64,000 nt of DNA from Octopus vulgaris. Lineage: Eukaryota. Shown here piece by piece: positions 1 through 15,100 of the stretch. The DNA lies in assembly GCA_951406725.2 (NCBI GenBank), contig OX597833.1:62310001-62374000 (forward strand), written 5' to 3'. Each line of letters begins with the position of its first letter. Positions within the stretch are counted from its first letter, which is position 1. The notes under the pieces are model-generated. The model worked only from the letters and a program-made list of their open reading frames with translations, did no database searches and had not been told where the DNA came from. Position numbers and translations under genes: made by a program.

Positions 1-329
1 TCCTCCTTCACCTCCTCCTTCGTGGCTGCTGCTGTTGTTGTTGTTATTGCTGCTGCTGCTGTTGTTTTTGTTGTTGTTGTTGTTGTTACTGCTGTTGTTG
101 TTTTTCCACAATCTCTTCCCAGTATTTCGTGTCTTGCAACAGACACCGCACTGTTGCAAAATCAACAGCAGCTGCAGCAGCAGCAGCGGTAGTAGCAGCA
201 GCAGCACTAGTAGTAGTAGTAGTACTAGTCGTAGCAGCAGTAGTAGTAGTAGTAGTAGTAGGTCTTGCCCTAATTGCTGATGTTCCGACTGTAGCATTTT
301 ATTAAACAGCAGCACAAGGACGTGGTTGT

Positions 330-1774
330 TCGATTCCCAAGATCGGCCCCCGAACGAGCAGACCCCGATCTATGATCAACGCTGTTCCAAACATGACCAA
401 CCAGTTGATTTCATTATATATATTTCCCCCCCCCTTTCATTTTGCAACTACGTTATCTATCCAACGTCGCCTTCCATTTCTAAGGTAGTAAGATGTAATT
501 TGAAGGGATATTTGGCTTCTATTTCTAGCCGGTTTGAACGAACGAACGGTTGACAACTCAGATACCCCCCCTTATTGGTTTGTTATGGAATTGTTGTTTG
601 GCCCCAGGTTACCCTCCTACTTAAACAAATCTATGATCAAAGAGACTCCAGCTGTGACCTTTCCATCTTGCTTTCAGAGACGACATTAACATGGAATGTC
701 CTTCATTTTTCAAGGCGACAGGTGATAATTTGAGAGCGATTTGACTGTCATTTCTAACAGCTCGAACGACCTCGTAAAGGCTCCTTCGTTCATTTGTGAG
801 GGCGGTGGCAGTTGTTGTTATTATTGTTATTGTTATTTAACCCCAGGTCGGGCCTGGTCGAGATGACCCATGATCAAAGATTCCAGCTGTGACCATCCAT
901 TTTTTTTTTTATATGAGCAGGGTACTTTTTTCTGATACAGCAGCGGTGGCCGGGGATGCTGTGATTCAAGGGATATTTGACTATTATTTCTAACGGGTGG
1001 AGTGACCACATAGAAGCCCTCGTTTGTTTCATGAGGAAAATGTGGGCGGTGGAGGTGGTGGTGGTGGTGATGGTGTTCTGTATTCCTCCTGATCCGTCAA
1101 ACACATGACATGGAGCTAGCTAACTGGTCACTTGATAGCCTACTCATGACCCCCAGAGGTCAAGTGACCGAACACCCTCCCCCTACACCACCACACCCCT
1201 TTAATACTACGGTCCATTTGTTTCGAGACCGACTTGTGTAACAGAATATATATACAAAGATGTGACTTTCGAGGTTGTAAAAAAACCCAGGTCAGCTCGC
1301 ACCCAGCAGACTTTGAAGTTCACCAGCGCTCCAGCCGTGACTATCTCATCATTTGTATATCAAGAATTTACATTTCAAATTATACCCAATGTCAAAACGA
1401 TCGCGTTTGATATGGTGAAAATGTGGCTGTTATTTCCAGCGTTATGTTGTTGTTGGTGGTGGTGGTTAATTCCAACTTAACCATAATCGAGCTGGTTTAT
1501 GATCAAAGTCGTTCCAGCCGTGACCATTCGCCGTTATTTAATTATCTTTTTAAATATTTTTTATTTGATTTTTTTTTAAATACTATATCTAAGATGGTAG
1601 GGTGCGTGATTTGAGAGTGATTTTGGCTGCTATTTCTAACAATGCGGAGCAATTAACGTAGAAGGTTGTCATTAGGGGCGACGGCGGCGGCGACGTTAAT
1701 GGTTATTTGGAAGTGTGACGGATGTAGTATTGCGGGTGGTGATCTGAATAGAAATGTAGTAATGGTAGTAGTAA

Positions 1775-1813
<39 letters not shown>

Positions 1814-2129
1814 AAGCAATTGTAATAGTGGTGGTGGTGGTCACAGTGTTGGCGGTGGTGTCGGTGGCTGTTGGGGAGATAACGATGAAAGGTTGGTGGT
1901 GAGGGCGGCGATGGTGGTAGTGGTGGTGGTAGTGGTGGTGGTGGTGGTGGTGGCGTACACAGCAATGATAAGTACACATGTACTAGTAATTCCGGTGTCA
2001 ATGTTGATATTTTAACCCCGAGGCAAAACCTGTTCGAGAAGAAATGATCAAGAAAAACAAAAAAAAAAAAACCATTCCAGATGTGATTACTTCACCTTAA
2101 TATGATACAGAATATCCCTGACTGGATGC

Positions 2130-2165
<36 letters not shown>

Positions 2166-2430
2166 TCACACACACACAATCATATATATTTATATACACA
2201 CTCACACACACATACAGTGAGAGATTGGACTTGATCACAGACGTTACCGGCATGGCCATCTCGTCTTATTTCTTTTTGGTAGGGGTGGGGTAGGTGTACC
2301 TAGGGGTACATTATCTAATAATGACGATGATTGATGATGGTGTATTCTCCTTCTTACGATGCTTGCGTGTGATGAAGATTCAGTGTAGGATTTGGGCGTT
2401 ATTTCTAGCAGGTCGTCCAGACCTCATGCA
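330..2430 (+). repeat. Cluster of old diverged copies of an interspersed repeat interleaved with trinucleotide microsatellites
   Basis: Recurring motifs CCCCAGGTC..., ATGATCAAAG..TTCCAGC.GTGACCAT and GATTTG.CTG.TATTTCTA.C at about 370, 601, 840, 1285, 1498; also near 27870, 27970, 44460. Confidence 0.55.
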
Positions 2431-2515
2431 ATGCATATGCACATATACACACATATATACACATATATATGTATGTATGTAAATGTATATATGTAAATGT
2501 ATATATATATATGTA

Positions 2516-2553
<38 letters not shown>

Positions 2554-4244
2554 TAGACACGTCTTTATACAGGCCAGCTACCAAGTTAAAACCTGGCACC
2601 AACTAAATAGGCGGACATGCAGAGAGAGAGAGAGAAAGAACCATGCAAGCACCGTATTTACCACCACCACCACCATCACTGCTACAACTACCACTACATC
2701 CACAACAACAACAACCACCACCACTACTACTAGTACTCGTACTACAACAGCAACAGCAACAACAATCCTTTTCTGCTAGTTGCACCACGACTGCTGCTGC
2801 TACTATTACTATTACAAAAAAAAAAAACTCCGCTACTATTACTACTGCTGCTACTACTAACCACCACTAACTATTACTACTACTACTACTATTACTACTA
2901 CTACTATTACTATTACCGTTACCATTTCTCCTCCCCTTCCTTTCCTCCTACTCCCCTTACATTCTACAATGGTGGCGGCAGACCTTTTACCAATCTGCTA
3001 AAATAACTGGAGAAAGAATTGAATATTCTATTTATAGAACATTGAAAACGGTGATTTTTGTTTTTATTTAGTTTTTTTAGTTTTTTTTTTCTTTAACAAA
3101 TCCCACAGCTGAAGAAAAACAACAACAATAATAATAATTATTATTATAAATAATAATAATAATAATGGTGATTATGGTGTGAAGGTGCGTGGAGGGCGAG
3201 GTGATGAGGAAGAAGAACAAAGTAACGAAGCTGCAATCATTTTAGTAGTGAGACTGAGTAAAAAATAAAAGCATGTCTGGGCTTCAAGTAGTATTTGTGT
3301 GTGTTTGTATGTGTGTAGTGGTTTGGTTCTGACGGTTGAGTCTCTCCGGCGCTACTCCGAGTTTTGGGTTAATTGTGGTTAATTGTGACAAATCCCTGAA
3401 GACCCTCTTAACATTATGTATGTATGTATGTATGGCAAGGACTCTCTCAGTAAAGTAGGTAGCTAAAGGGTTTCAGGGTTTTCAGTCATCGGTTTTGAAA
3501 AGAATAAACACTTTACTTATTATGTATGGACTTAACTCGGATCTTCACTCACACTCACACTCTTTTATACGAGTGTGAGTGGGAGTGAAGGTGGCTGGTC
3601 GTTTCGTTTCATGCTGGTATGAAAATGCAAATAATTGAGTCACAACGAAAATTTTGTTTTAAAAAAAATATGCAACACTCAATACTATGAGTTAGACTGC
3701 AACAATAACGATGTTATTTATTGAAGACTGTCTTCTTGAGTGGTTCCTCAGAGTATCTCATTCCTGGACATCGAGTGACACTATAATATATATATATATA
3801 TATATATAGGGGTGAAATTAATTAATTTGGAATAATCATTAATTTCACCAAGTAGATTTCGGCATGTAAAAGCCCCATTCAAGGAAGGTTTAAGTAATAC
3901 TAAGTAATTAAGGGTTTAGCAACGATTTGTTTGCCTTTTTAAGTGCTGTGGTTTTACTGGGATCTCCCTTTTTAAGTAGAAAGAATAAGCCATAACTCTT
4001 TGACTGCTATTTCTAAATTCGGTGTGTGGTGAGGCAAATCGTTGCTAAACCCTTAATTACTTAGTATATATATATATTTAGTGAGGGAAGAAATGGAGCT
4101 GAACGAAGATTTTGCACTAAGGCACGGTTGCGATACCCCCATGGTCGTAACCTCAACCGTGATTTTTCTGTTGTGATTTTTGCTACCCAGGTATCGGTTA
4201 TAATTTGAATAATCCGTAACAAGATAATTCATTTATCCATTTCA

Positions 4245-4289
<45 letters not shown>

Positions 4290-4320
4290 TTAGTGTATGT
4301 ATGCACGCGCACACACACAC

Positions 4321-5290
<970 letters not shown>

Positions 5291-5604
5291 AGCTGTCTGT
5301 CTGTCTATCCATATATACATACATACACACACGTCTGTGTAAACTGAGAGGTTATACACTTTAAGTACACCAAAGGAGAACTAAATCTTATCAGGATCTT
5401 TGGTCACAGCTCTTCATTTGGTTGATGTCACTGCACTAGTTAGTGCATTAATAGATATGTGAATAGTGCTCAGGTGTGTGTCACAGTGTCATTGTAGTGA
5501 CCAGGTTATTAGATGTTATACATCACTGGCCACAATGCGCTTCACATTGTTTTAGCCTTCAAATGATGCCACCCCTATTGGCTATATATAATCATCATCT
5601 TCAC

Positions 5605-5890
5605 TCCTGCCCCAGAGCATGGGCTGCGGGGTCACTCCGAAAAGCTCTATCTACGACGATTTCATTTCAATCAAAGGAGAGGGGCTTTCTCTGTCCGGAT
5701 TGCGGATCCGTGGAAAAAGCTGCCGGACGAGATAGTGAAGATGCCAACGACCGCTTGGTTCAAAGTCTCTCTTGACCGGAAATGGCCTGAACTCTTTGTA
5801 TGACCACCCTCCCTGTACGTAACTCCCTGTCACCCTACATGACCTTGCTTTTGCTATTTGAACCAATAAAAATTAAATTAAATTAAATTA
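5605..5890 (+). mobile_element. CR1/L2-group LINE 3' end (ORF2 C-terminus, 3'UTR, (AAATT)n tail)
   Basis: Translates LRGHSEKLYLRRFHFNQRRGAFSVRIADPWKKLPDEIVKMPTTAWFKVSLD, matching the RGH..KL...FS.R...W..LP......FK..LD motif of CR1-type ORF2. Confidence 0.75.
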
Positions 5891-8001
5891 AATCATTGTT
5901 TAATATCCACTCTCCATACTGGCATGGGTTGGATGGTTTGACATTGGAACTGGCCAGCCAGAGAGCTGTCCAGACTCCAGCTGTCTGTTGTGGCATGGTT
6001 TCTATGGCTAGATGCCCTTCCTAATGCCAACCACTTAGCAGAGTGTACTGGGTGCTTTTTAAGTGGCACCAGTACCTGACAGGAGAAGCCTGTGTGTGTG
6101 GAACACAGTGATTTTACTTAGCTTTACATGTCTTATCAAGCACAGCAAATCACCACATCTCCTGGCCCCTTGTCACTTCCTCAGTGAGGCTATATATATG
6201 TCTATATATATTTCTATTTTTCTTTCTATTCTTTTATTTGTTTCAGTCATTTGACTGCAGCCATGCAACTGGCCCCTCATAGACAGTCATTATTTTTTTT
6301 TTAATCCTATTTTTATAATTATTATTAGGAATTGTTTTTAAATAATTTGTTAAAATATTCTGTGCATTGTAGAAGTATAACCAAATTACTGGACATAAAT
6401 TTTAATGACAAAATCTAATATGGATTCCCAAGGGTCAGCTGGACCCTGGTTGAGGACCCCTGAATTAGGTGGGAGTTAAGGTGTGAGAGAATAGGTTGGG
6501 AGTAGAGCAGATTTGTGTAGTAGAGGATCCACAGAACTATTGACATTTAAGAGTGAGAGAGAGAATGATGGGCTTCTTTCAGTTTCTTATTTCTTTACTA
6601 CCCACAAGGGGCTACACACAGAGGGGGAAAACAAGGACAGACAAACGGATTAAGTCAATTATATCGACTCCAGTGCATAACTGGTACTTATTTAATTGAC
6701 CCTGAAAGGATGAAAGGCAAAGTTGACCTTGGCGGAATTTGAACTTAGAACGTAGCGGCAGACGAAATACCTATTTCTTTACTACCCACAAGGGTCTAAA
6801 CACAGAGGGGGAAAACAAGGACAGACAAACGGATTAAGTCAATTATATCGACTCCAGTGCATAACTGGTACTTATTTAATCGACCCCGAAAGGATGAAAG
6901 GCAAAGTTGACCTCAGCGGAATTTGAACTCAGAACGTAGTGGCAGACGAAATACTGTTAAGCATTTTGCCTGGTGTGCTTAATGATTCTGCCAGCTCACC
7001 GGGCTTCTTTCAGTTTCTGCCTACCAGATCCACTCACAAGGCATTGGTCAGCTTGAGGCTATAGCAGAAGGCATTTGCCCAAGGTGCCATGCAGTTGAAC
7101 TGAACTCGGAACCATGTGGTTTGGAAGAAAACTTCTTACTCCACAGCCATGCATGCGCCTGTGTGTGTATATTTATATATTTACACACACACAAACACAC
7201 GTGTAACGTTGTCATTATCCTTTGATGTCCATTTTTCCATGCTTGCATGGGTTTTACAGAATTTGGTGCCATGATAAACACACTAAACCAGTAATGAAGA
7301 CGGCGAGCTGGCAGACACGTTAGCACGCCAGGCGAAATGCTTAGCGGTATTTTGTCTTTACGTTCTGAGTTCAAATTCCGCCAAGGTCGACTTTGCCTTT
7401 CATCCTTTCGGGGTCGATAAATAAAGTACCAGTTTTGCACTGGAGTCGATGTAATCGACTTAATCCCGTTGTCTGTCCTTGTTTGTCCCCTCTGTGTTTA
7501 GCCCCTTGTGGGTAATAAAGAAATAGGTATTTCGTCTGTTGTTACGTTCTGAGTTCACATTCCGCCGAGGTCGACTTTGCCTTTCATCCTTTCGGGGTCG
7601 ATAAATAAAGTACCAGTTTTGCACTGGGGTCGATGTAATCGACTTAATCCCTTTGTCTGTCCTTGTTTGTCCCCCCTATGTTTAGCCCATTGTGGACAAT
7701 AAAGAAATAAATACACTAACCCAGTACACACTGTAAAGTAACTGGTTATAAGAAGAGCATCCAGCTACCCGTACCAAACCAGAAATGAAAGATAGGAGGG
7801 AAGAGATGTTGTTCTCCAACTTATTTACATGATAAATCCAAACAAGGATTAACTTGCAGTATAAGAATCCATTTAATCAATTCTAGCATGGAAAGTAGAT
7901 GTAAAATGATGAGGATGATGATGATATACATAAGGTGTAAAGCACATTGTTTTGATTTTCTTGTAAAAATGCTATTCTATACACTGCTGCAAGGAATCTC
8001 A

Positions 8002-8422
8002 TAATGGTGCCGCACAAAGAGCACTGGTGATTGTGCCATACAAAAAGCAATGGTGATTGTGCCACACAAAAAGCACTGGTAATGGTGCCACACAAAAAGT
8101 ACTGGTGATTGTGCCATACAAAAATTACTGGTGATTGTGCCATACAAAAAGCAATGGTGATGGTGCCACACAAAAAGCACTGGTAATGGTGCCACACAAA
8201 AAGTACTGGTGATTGTGCCATACAAAAATTACTGGTGATTGTGCCATACAAAAAGCAATGGTGATGGTGCCACACAAAAAGCACTGGTAATGGTGCCACA
8301 CAAAAAGCACTGGTAATGGTGCCACACAAAAAGTACTGGTGATGGTGCCACACTAAAAGCACTGGTGATTGTGCCACACAAAAAGCATTGGTAATGGTGC
8401 CATGTAAAAAGCACTGGTGATG
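8002..8422. repeat. Minisatellite, 26-bp unit, about 16 copies
   Basis: Unit variants of AATGGTGCCACACAAAAAGCACTGGT / GATTGTGCCATACAAAAAGCAATGGT, tandem with no spacers. Confidence 0.9.
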
Positions 8423-11400
8423 GTTGATTGATTTATTGCGTATTGTCAAAGACAAGGGAGAATCTGTCATTTCTTGCTAATCTAGAATTGCCTGTTAGCG
8501 TCATCGTCATCATTGTTTTAATGCCCACTTTTCCATGCTAGCATGGGTCAGACAGGATTCGTTGAGGCAGGTTTTTCTACAGACGGATGCCTTTACTGTT
8601 GCCAACCCTCACCTGTTTCCAACCAAAGTGATATTTCCCCCATGGCCACACGTTTCTCACACAGAAGACTAGAAAAGAATGATGTTGCTTGTATGATGGT
8701 GGCACTCAACCATCATGTGACATCAGTACAAGTTGACAAACACACACACACACACACATTTACATATGGATAGGTAGTCAGGTAGGTAGATATAGATATA
8801 AATATAAGTTTAGCAAAGAATTCTTGATATAACCACAATACTTAAAAATAAGGTACCAGTCACATATTGAGTCAATGCTCTTATGCCAAATTTCAAGTGG
8901 CAATCTTACACGTAATATATTTTTCACTGTTGGTGGCAGCTCCAGGTAAGATAGACCCCTGTTTTACAAGGTTGTTTCATGGAGTAAAAAAACCCCAAAG
9001 AAAACAGCTCAATTTCCCATCTGTAGTAGGCATAAGTTTTGTTATTGATTTTGGGTGAGTGGGGGTGGGATTACATTTTAATTGCTGACAAAATACAGTA
9101 TTTACACACACGTGTGTGTGTGTGTATGTGTATATATATATGTTCTACATTGGTATATAAAGGATATAGATTTGCTTATAAGTACTGAAGTTTTTCCCTC
9201 TTCTTTGTTAGTAGGCACAAGCATTTTCATACACACATATACGCACACGCAAGGATAAGAACTGGGCTTACAAAGAATAAGTCCTGGGTTCGATTTCCTC
9301 GACTAAAGGCGGTGCTCCAGCATGGCCACAGTCAAATGACTGAAACAAGTAAAAGAGACAGCTCAGTTGGTCAGGCCATGTGTCATGTATAGACAAATCC
9401 GAACGATGTGGGGGAGGCACAGCGCAGTGCTCAGGGGTGGAGGTGTGGAAGACAGCATCCAGACTGCTTCAAGCAGCTGTAGAGAATAAGAAATGCCCCA
9501 CCACTTCCTACATTTGACCAAAGCCTACATATTTGCTCAAAGTGCACCTGGTTTCCTTACATGGCCACTTAAAGGCTTGATGTCCTTCCTCGTGATCTTT
9601 GGACACAAAGAACTGCCGTCGTGTGATAATGAAGCAACTCATTAAAACGTTCGTGGAGTCTGCTCTGGTGTGTTATGGCCTTCTCTCTCTGGTTGGATAA
9701 TGAGATGAGTCATGGCACCATGTCATTGATGTTTAGCACCCCAGGTCAACCTAATAGATTTGAGGACCAATGACATTCTAGCCACAAGCACCCTCTTTTA
9801 CTCTTTACTCTTTTTACTCTTTTACTCTTTTACTTGTTTCAGTCATTTGACTGCGGCCATGCTGGAGCACCGCCTTTAATCGAGCAACTCGACCCCGGGA
9901 CTTATTCTTTTGTAAGCCCAGTACTTATTCTATCGGTCCCTTTTGCCGAACCGCTAGGTAACGGGGACATAAACACACCAGCATCGGTTATCAAGCAATG
10001 CTAGGGGGACAAACACAGACACACAAACATACACGCACACACATATATATATATATACATATATACGACAGGCTTCTTTCAGTTTCCGTCTATCAAATCC
10101 ACTCACAAGGCATTGGTCAGCCCGGGGCTATAGTAGAAGACACTTGCCCAAGATGCCACGCAGTGGGACTGAACCCGGAACCATGTGGTTGGTTAGCAAG
10201 CTACTTACCACACGGCCACTCCTGCGCCTTCTTATTATTTTTTTTTTTTTTTTGCAGTCTTCATGTACGTCTCTAGGACTACATCTAGCTAGTTTGTTCT
10301 TCTTTTTGTAGATTATGAAAGCTTTCACTGCTATTTCTAGCGATTTGGTCAATCACTCAGAAGTTCTCAATGTCCTGTATCATTCCAGAGGTGAAACATT
10401 GTCAGTTTACATGTAACTTTATCCCTGTGACCACCCCATCTTAATGGTGTGTCCTGTCGTAAGATGATTATTTCATGGTTTAATAATCAGGTGGCGAGCT
10501 GGCAGAATCGTTAGCAAGCCGGGCGAAATGCATAGCCGTATTTCGTCTGCCGTTACTTTCTGAGTTCAAATTCCACCGAGGTTGACTTTGCCTTTCATCC
10601 TTTCGGGGTCGATAGATTAAGTACCATTTACGCACTGGGGTCGATGTAATCAACTTAATCCGTTTGTCTTTCCTTGTTTGTCCCCTCTGTGTTTAGCCCC
10701 CCTGTGGGTAGTAAAGAAATAGGTATTTCGTCTACCGTTATGTTCTGAGTTCAAATTCTGCCGAGGTCGACTTTACCTTTCGTCCTTTCTGGGTCGATAA
10801 ATTAAGTACCAGTTACGCACTGAGGTCAATATAATCGACTTAATCCGTCTGTCTGTCTTGTTTGCCTCCTCTATGTTTATCCCTTTGTGGGCAATAAAGA
10901 AATAAGAGAGTTATCTATCAACCTGCCTAAATGAAACTGTGGCTGCACAAGGGTTAAGATCTTAAAATTTGAAAGAAGTTTGTTAGCAAGCCGGGCGAAA
11001 TGCGTAGCCGTATTTCATCTACCGTTACGTTCTGAGTTCAAATTCCACCGAGGTCGACTTTGCCTTTCATCCTTTCGGGGTCAATTAAATAAGTACCAGT
11101 TACGCACTGGGGTTGATGTAATTGACTTAAAACCTATGTCTGTCCTTGTTTGTCCCCTCTATGTTTAGCCCCTTGTGGGTAGTAAAGAAATAGGTATTTC
11201 GTCTACCGTTACGTTCTGAGTTCAAATTCCGCCGAGGTCGACTTTGCCTTTCATCCTTTCGGGGTCGATAAATTAAGTACCAGTTATGCACTGGAGTCGA
11301 TATAATCGACTTAATCCCTTTGTCTGTTCTTGTTTGTCCCCTCTGTGTTTAGCCCCTTGTGGGCAATAAAGAAACAGTTTATTTCATGGTTTAATGGTGG

Positions 11401-11842
11401 GAGGAGAGGCAGGGGCGTGCCCCTAACCATTGCAGTCATCATAGATGGTTCATGTTGATGCAGTTCATGGCTGCCTCGAACATCTGTGTGTTGGTAAATG
11501 CATAAAAAATGTATGGAGGTGGGAATTCCCAAAAAGGCCAACATTCTGTGGTGATGGGATTGGCCCCTCGAATTCTAAAACCGTTGCAAAATTGTTTTTC
11601 AACAGTAACTTAGTTATTCCAGCTGTTATCATCATCCCAGTTCATACATACATACATACATGCATGCCATTGGCACCATTGTGTGGTTAGAAGTTTGCTT
11701 CCCAACCAACTGGTTTCAGGTTCAGTTCTACTGTGTGGCACCTTGTGAAAGTGTCTTCTATTATAGCCCTAGGCCAACCAGAGCCTTTTGAGTGGATTTG
11801 GTACACAAAAAGTGATTGATATTATATATATATATATGTGTG

Positions 11843-12146
11843 TGGAGGCACAATGGCCAAGTGGTTAGGGCAGCGGACTCGCAGTCGCAGGATCGCGGTT
11901 TCGATTCCCAGACCGGGCGTTGTGAGTGTTTATTGAGCGAAAGCACCTAAAAGCTCCACGAGGCTCCGGCAGGGGATGGTGGTGATCCCTGCTGTACTCT
12001 TTCACCACTTTATCTCTCACTCTTTCTTCTGTTGGCCTGCTCACTTAGCCAGCAGGGTGGCGTCATTCGAAGGCTAAAACAATGCAAACGCATTGTGACC
12101 AGCGATTGTACCAACATCTGATGGTCTGGTCAGTCACGTGATCACA

Positions 12147-12150
<4 letters not shown>
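11843..12150 (+). mobile_element. tRNA-derived SINE, family D
   Basis: GGAGGCACAATGGCCAAGTGG...GGTTTCGATTCCC head; a related element with the same head but different tail at about 51948-52227(-); 3' fragments at about 5490-5585(-) and 30865-30927(+). Confidence 0.7.
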
Positions 12151-12194
<44 letters not shown>

Positions 12195-15100
12195 TCATCA
12201 TCATCGTTCCACTCATGAGGGAGAGAGGATCTTTTCTGCACCACCACTACCACCACCTCATGCGCATGCACCCCTCTCCACACACACACCCAGAAAGAAT
12301 GAAGTAAAAGTGACCCACAGAGCCACATAAACAACATAACATGGGTGGAACTATATATGTTATGCGTTTGTCTCCATCATTGCTTGACAACAGGTCTGGC
12401 TTGTTAATGCCCCCTGTAACTTAGCAGTTAGACAAGAGAGAGCAATAAAATGAGGACCAGACTTCGAAAAGCAGAAGTTCTGGGGCTTATTTGTCCAACT
12501 AAATTTTTCAAGACGGTGCCCCAGCATGGTCACAATAACTGATACAAGTAAAAAAATACACACACACACACACACACGCATATACATACACATGCACTTG
12601 TTGATTAATGAGCTGGAGAAAGAGTACTCAATATAGACATAGAGTACAGTTGTTTATTTAGGCTGGTCCTCTCTCCAGTTGTCCGTTTTGGCAGGATTCC
12701 TATGGCTGGGTACCCTTCCTAATGCCAGCTACTTTACGGTGTACCGGATGCTTTTTATGTGATGCAGGCAGGACTGCTTCTTATGTGGCCCCAGAACAGG
12801 TGTCTCTTACGTGGTGCTAGAATGGATACCTTTTACATAGCACTGGCACAGGTGCTCTCCCACATGGTGCCAGCACAGGTGCTGTTTATGTGACTCCATG
12901 GGTCACTTTTATTTCATTCTTTCTGGGTGTGTGTGTGGAGGAGGGTGCAAGCGCATGAGGTGGTGGTGGTGGTGGTGGTGCAGGAAATATCCCCTCTCCC
13001 TCATGCCACCCATCCTTCGCTAATTTTCCAAGCTTTTATTTGAAATCTCTGTCATTACTTGTGGAGATATCAGCAGCACCTTTGAAATAATAATGGCACA
13101 GGTGTGTGTGTGTGCATCCTCATCATCATCATCGTTTAACATCTGTTCTCCATGCTAGCATGGGTTGGACGGTTTCACTGGGATCTGGGAAGCCAAGAGG
13201 CTGCACCAGGCTCCAGTCTGATCTGGCAGTGTTTCTACAGCTGGATGCCCTTCCTAACGCCAACCGCTCCGTGAGTGTAGTGGGTGCTTTTTACGTGCTA
13301 CCGGCACAGGGGCCAGAGGGGGCTGGCAAACGACCACAATTGGTTGGTCCTTTTTACGTGTCACCAACACAGATGCCAATCAGGCAATGCTGGCATCAGC
13401 CAGGTTCAGATGGTGCTTTGTCCCTATCCTTCATATTCTCACACATCTTTGCTCATTCCTTGTCTCTCAGTCTCACTTAAACTCTTACAACTTCTACCCA
13501 TCCAACGCTCCTGGTTCCTCTGTCCCCATTTTCTTCTACTCACTTCATACCTTAAGGGTCCACCCTAACACCTCATCACCACATCCTCTCATCTGAAATG
13601 TCAGTAGCCACATAGCTACTCAGTGCATTTCTCTCATACTTTAACCCCTTCGACTCTTAGCATAACCCCTACCCTTCCTTGAGAGTTTCCAGTCTTGTGA
13701 GTTGCATGGTGACCTCACTTATATTGATGGCACAAAAATGCACCCAGTATGCGTTGTCAAGTGGTCAGCACTAGGAAAGACATGTAACCATAGAAACGAT
13801 GCCAAAGCAGATGCTAGATCCAAATGCAGTCCTCGGACCTGTTTGATCCTGTCCAAACATCCAATCCATGGAACATGGATGTGAAGTGATGAGGATTATT
13901 TATGGCTGTGTGCTTGCCAACCACCTGGTTTCAGGGTCATTCTCACTGCGTACTGCAACGGGCAAGTGACCAAAGCCTTGCGAGTGACTCTGGTGGATGG
14001 CAAATGAAAGCAGTTCATTATATCATCATCATTGTTTAACGTCCGCTTTCCATGCTAGCATGGGTTGGACGTTTCAACTGGGGTCTGGGAAGCCAGGAGG
14101 CTGCACCAGGCTCCAGTCTGATCTGGCAGTGTTTCTACAGCTGGATGCCCTTCCTAAACGCCAACCACTCTGTGAGTGCAGTGGGTGCTTTTTACGTGCC
14201 ACCGGCACAGGTGCCAGGGGAGTCTGGCAGCGGCCACGATCGGTTGGTGCCTTTTACATGCCACCGGCACAGAAGCCAGTCAAGGCGGTGCTGGCATCGG
14301 CCATGTATATACATGTGATTGTATATTTTTGCATGTGTGTGTCTATGTACATTCAGATGCATGTGTGTGTGTGTGTGTGTGTGCATATCTTCTCTTTTAC
14401 TAGTTCTTCAGTCTTTGGGCTGAGGCCATGCTGGGGCACTGCCCTGAAGGGTTTAGTTGAACAAATCAACTCCAGTGCCCATTTTGTTTAAAGTCTGGTT
14501 TAATTCTATTGATCCCTTTTGTTGAACCACTAAGTCAGGGAACCAACACTGGTTGCCAAGGGGACCAACACTGGTGGAGGACATGCACACACACACATAT
14601 GTCAGGCTTCCACACAGTTTCCATGTCCCAAATTCACTTCACAAGGCTTTGGTCAACCCAGGATTATAGTTGAAGACATTTGTGCAATATGCCATGCAGT
14701 GGGATTGAACCTGAGACCATGTGGATGAGAAGCAAGCTTCTTAACTACACAGCCATACTTGCACCTTTGTCCACAAACACGTTTTTTTTTATCTTTTTAC
14801 TTGTTTCAGTCATCTGACTGCGGCCATACTGGAGCACCACCTTGAAATATTTTCAGTCAATTGAATCGACCCCATTATTTATGTTTCTAAGCTTGGTACC
14901 AGTAGAATCTACAGGTCTCTTGCTGAGCCTCTAAGTTACAGGGACATAAACAAACCAACACTGGTCAACAAGTTGCAGTGGTGGGAGGGCACAAACAGAG
15001 ACACACTCTTTTACTTGTTTCAGTCATTTGATTGTGGCCGTGCTGGAGCACCGCCTTTAGTCGAGCAAATTGACCCCAGGGCTTATTCTTTGTAAGCCTA

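Noticed and set aside
35-2870. Poly-L/S/H/P/T/Q ORFs as low-complexity protein exons
   Set aside because: Trinucleotide microsatellites that are open in several frames on both strands, mixed with old repeats.
8002-8422. Regular 26-bp repeat array as a CRISPR array or repeat protein (ORF 7883-8470)
   Set aside because: Units are contiguous with no unique spacers, there are no cas genes and the context is eukaryotic; 26 bp is not a codon multiple, so the ORFs are by-products.
13106-14491. Recurring ORFs such as MGWTV.LGSGKPGGCTRLQSDLAVFLQLDALPNANHS as a gene family
   Set aside because: Antisense translations of retroposon family C copies with inconsistent starts, stops and frames.
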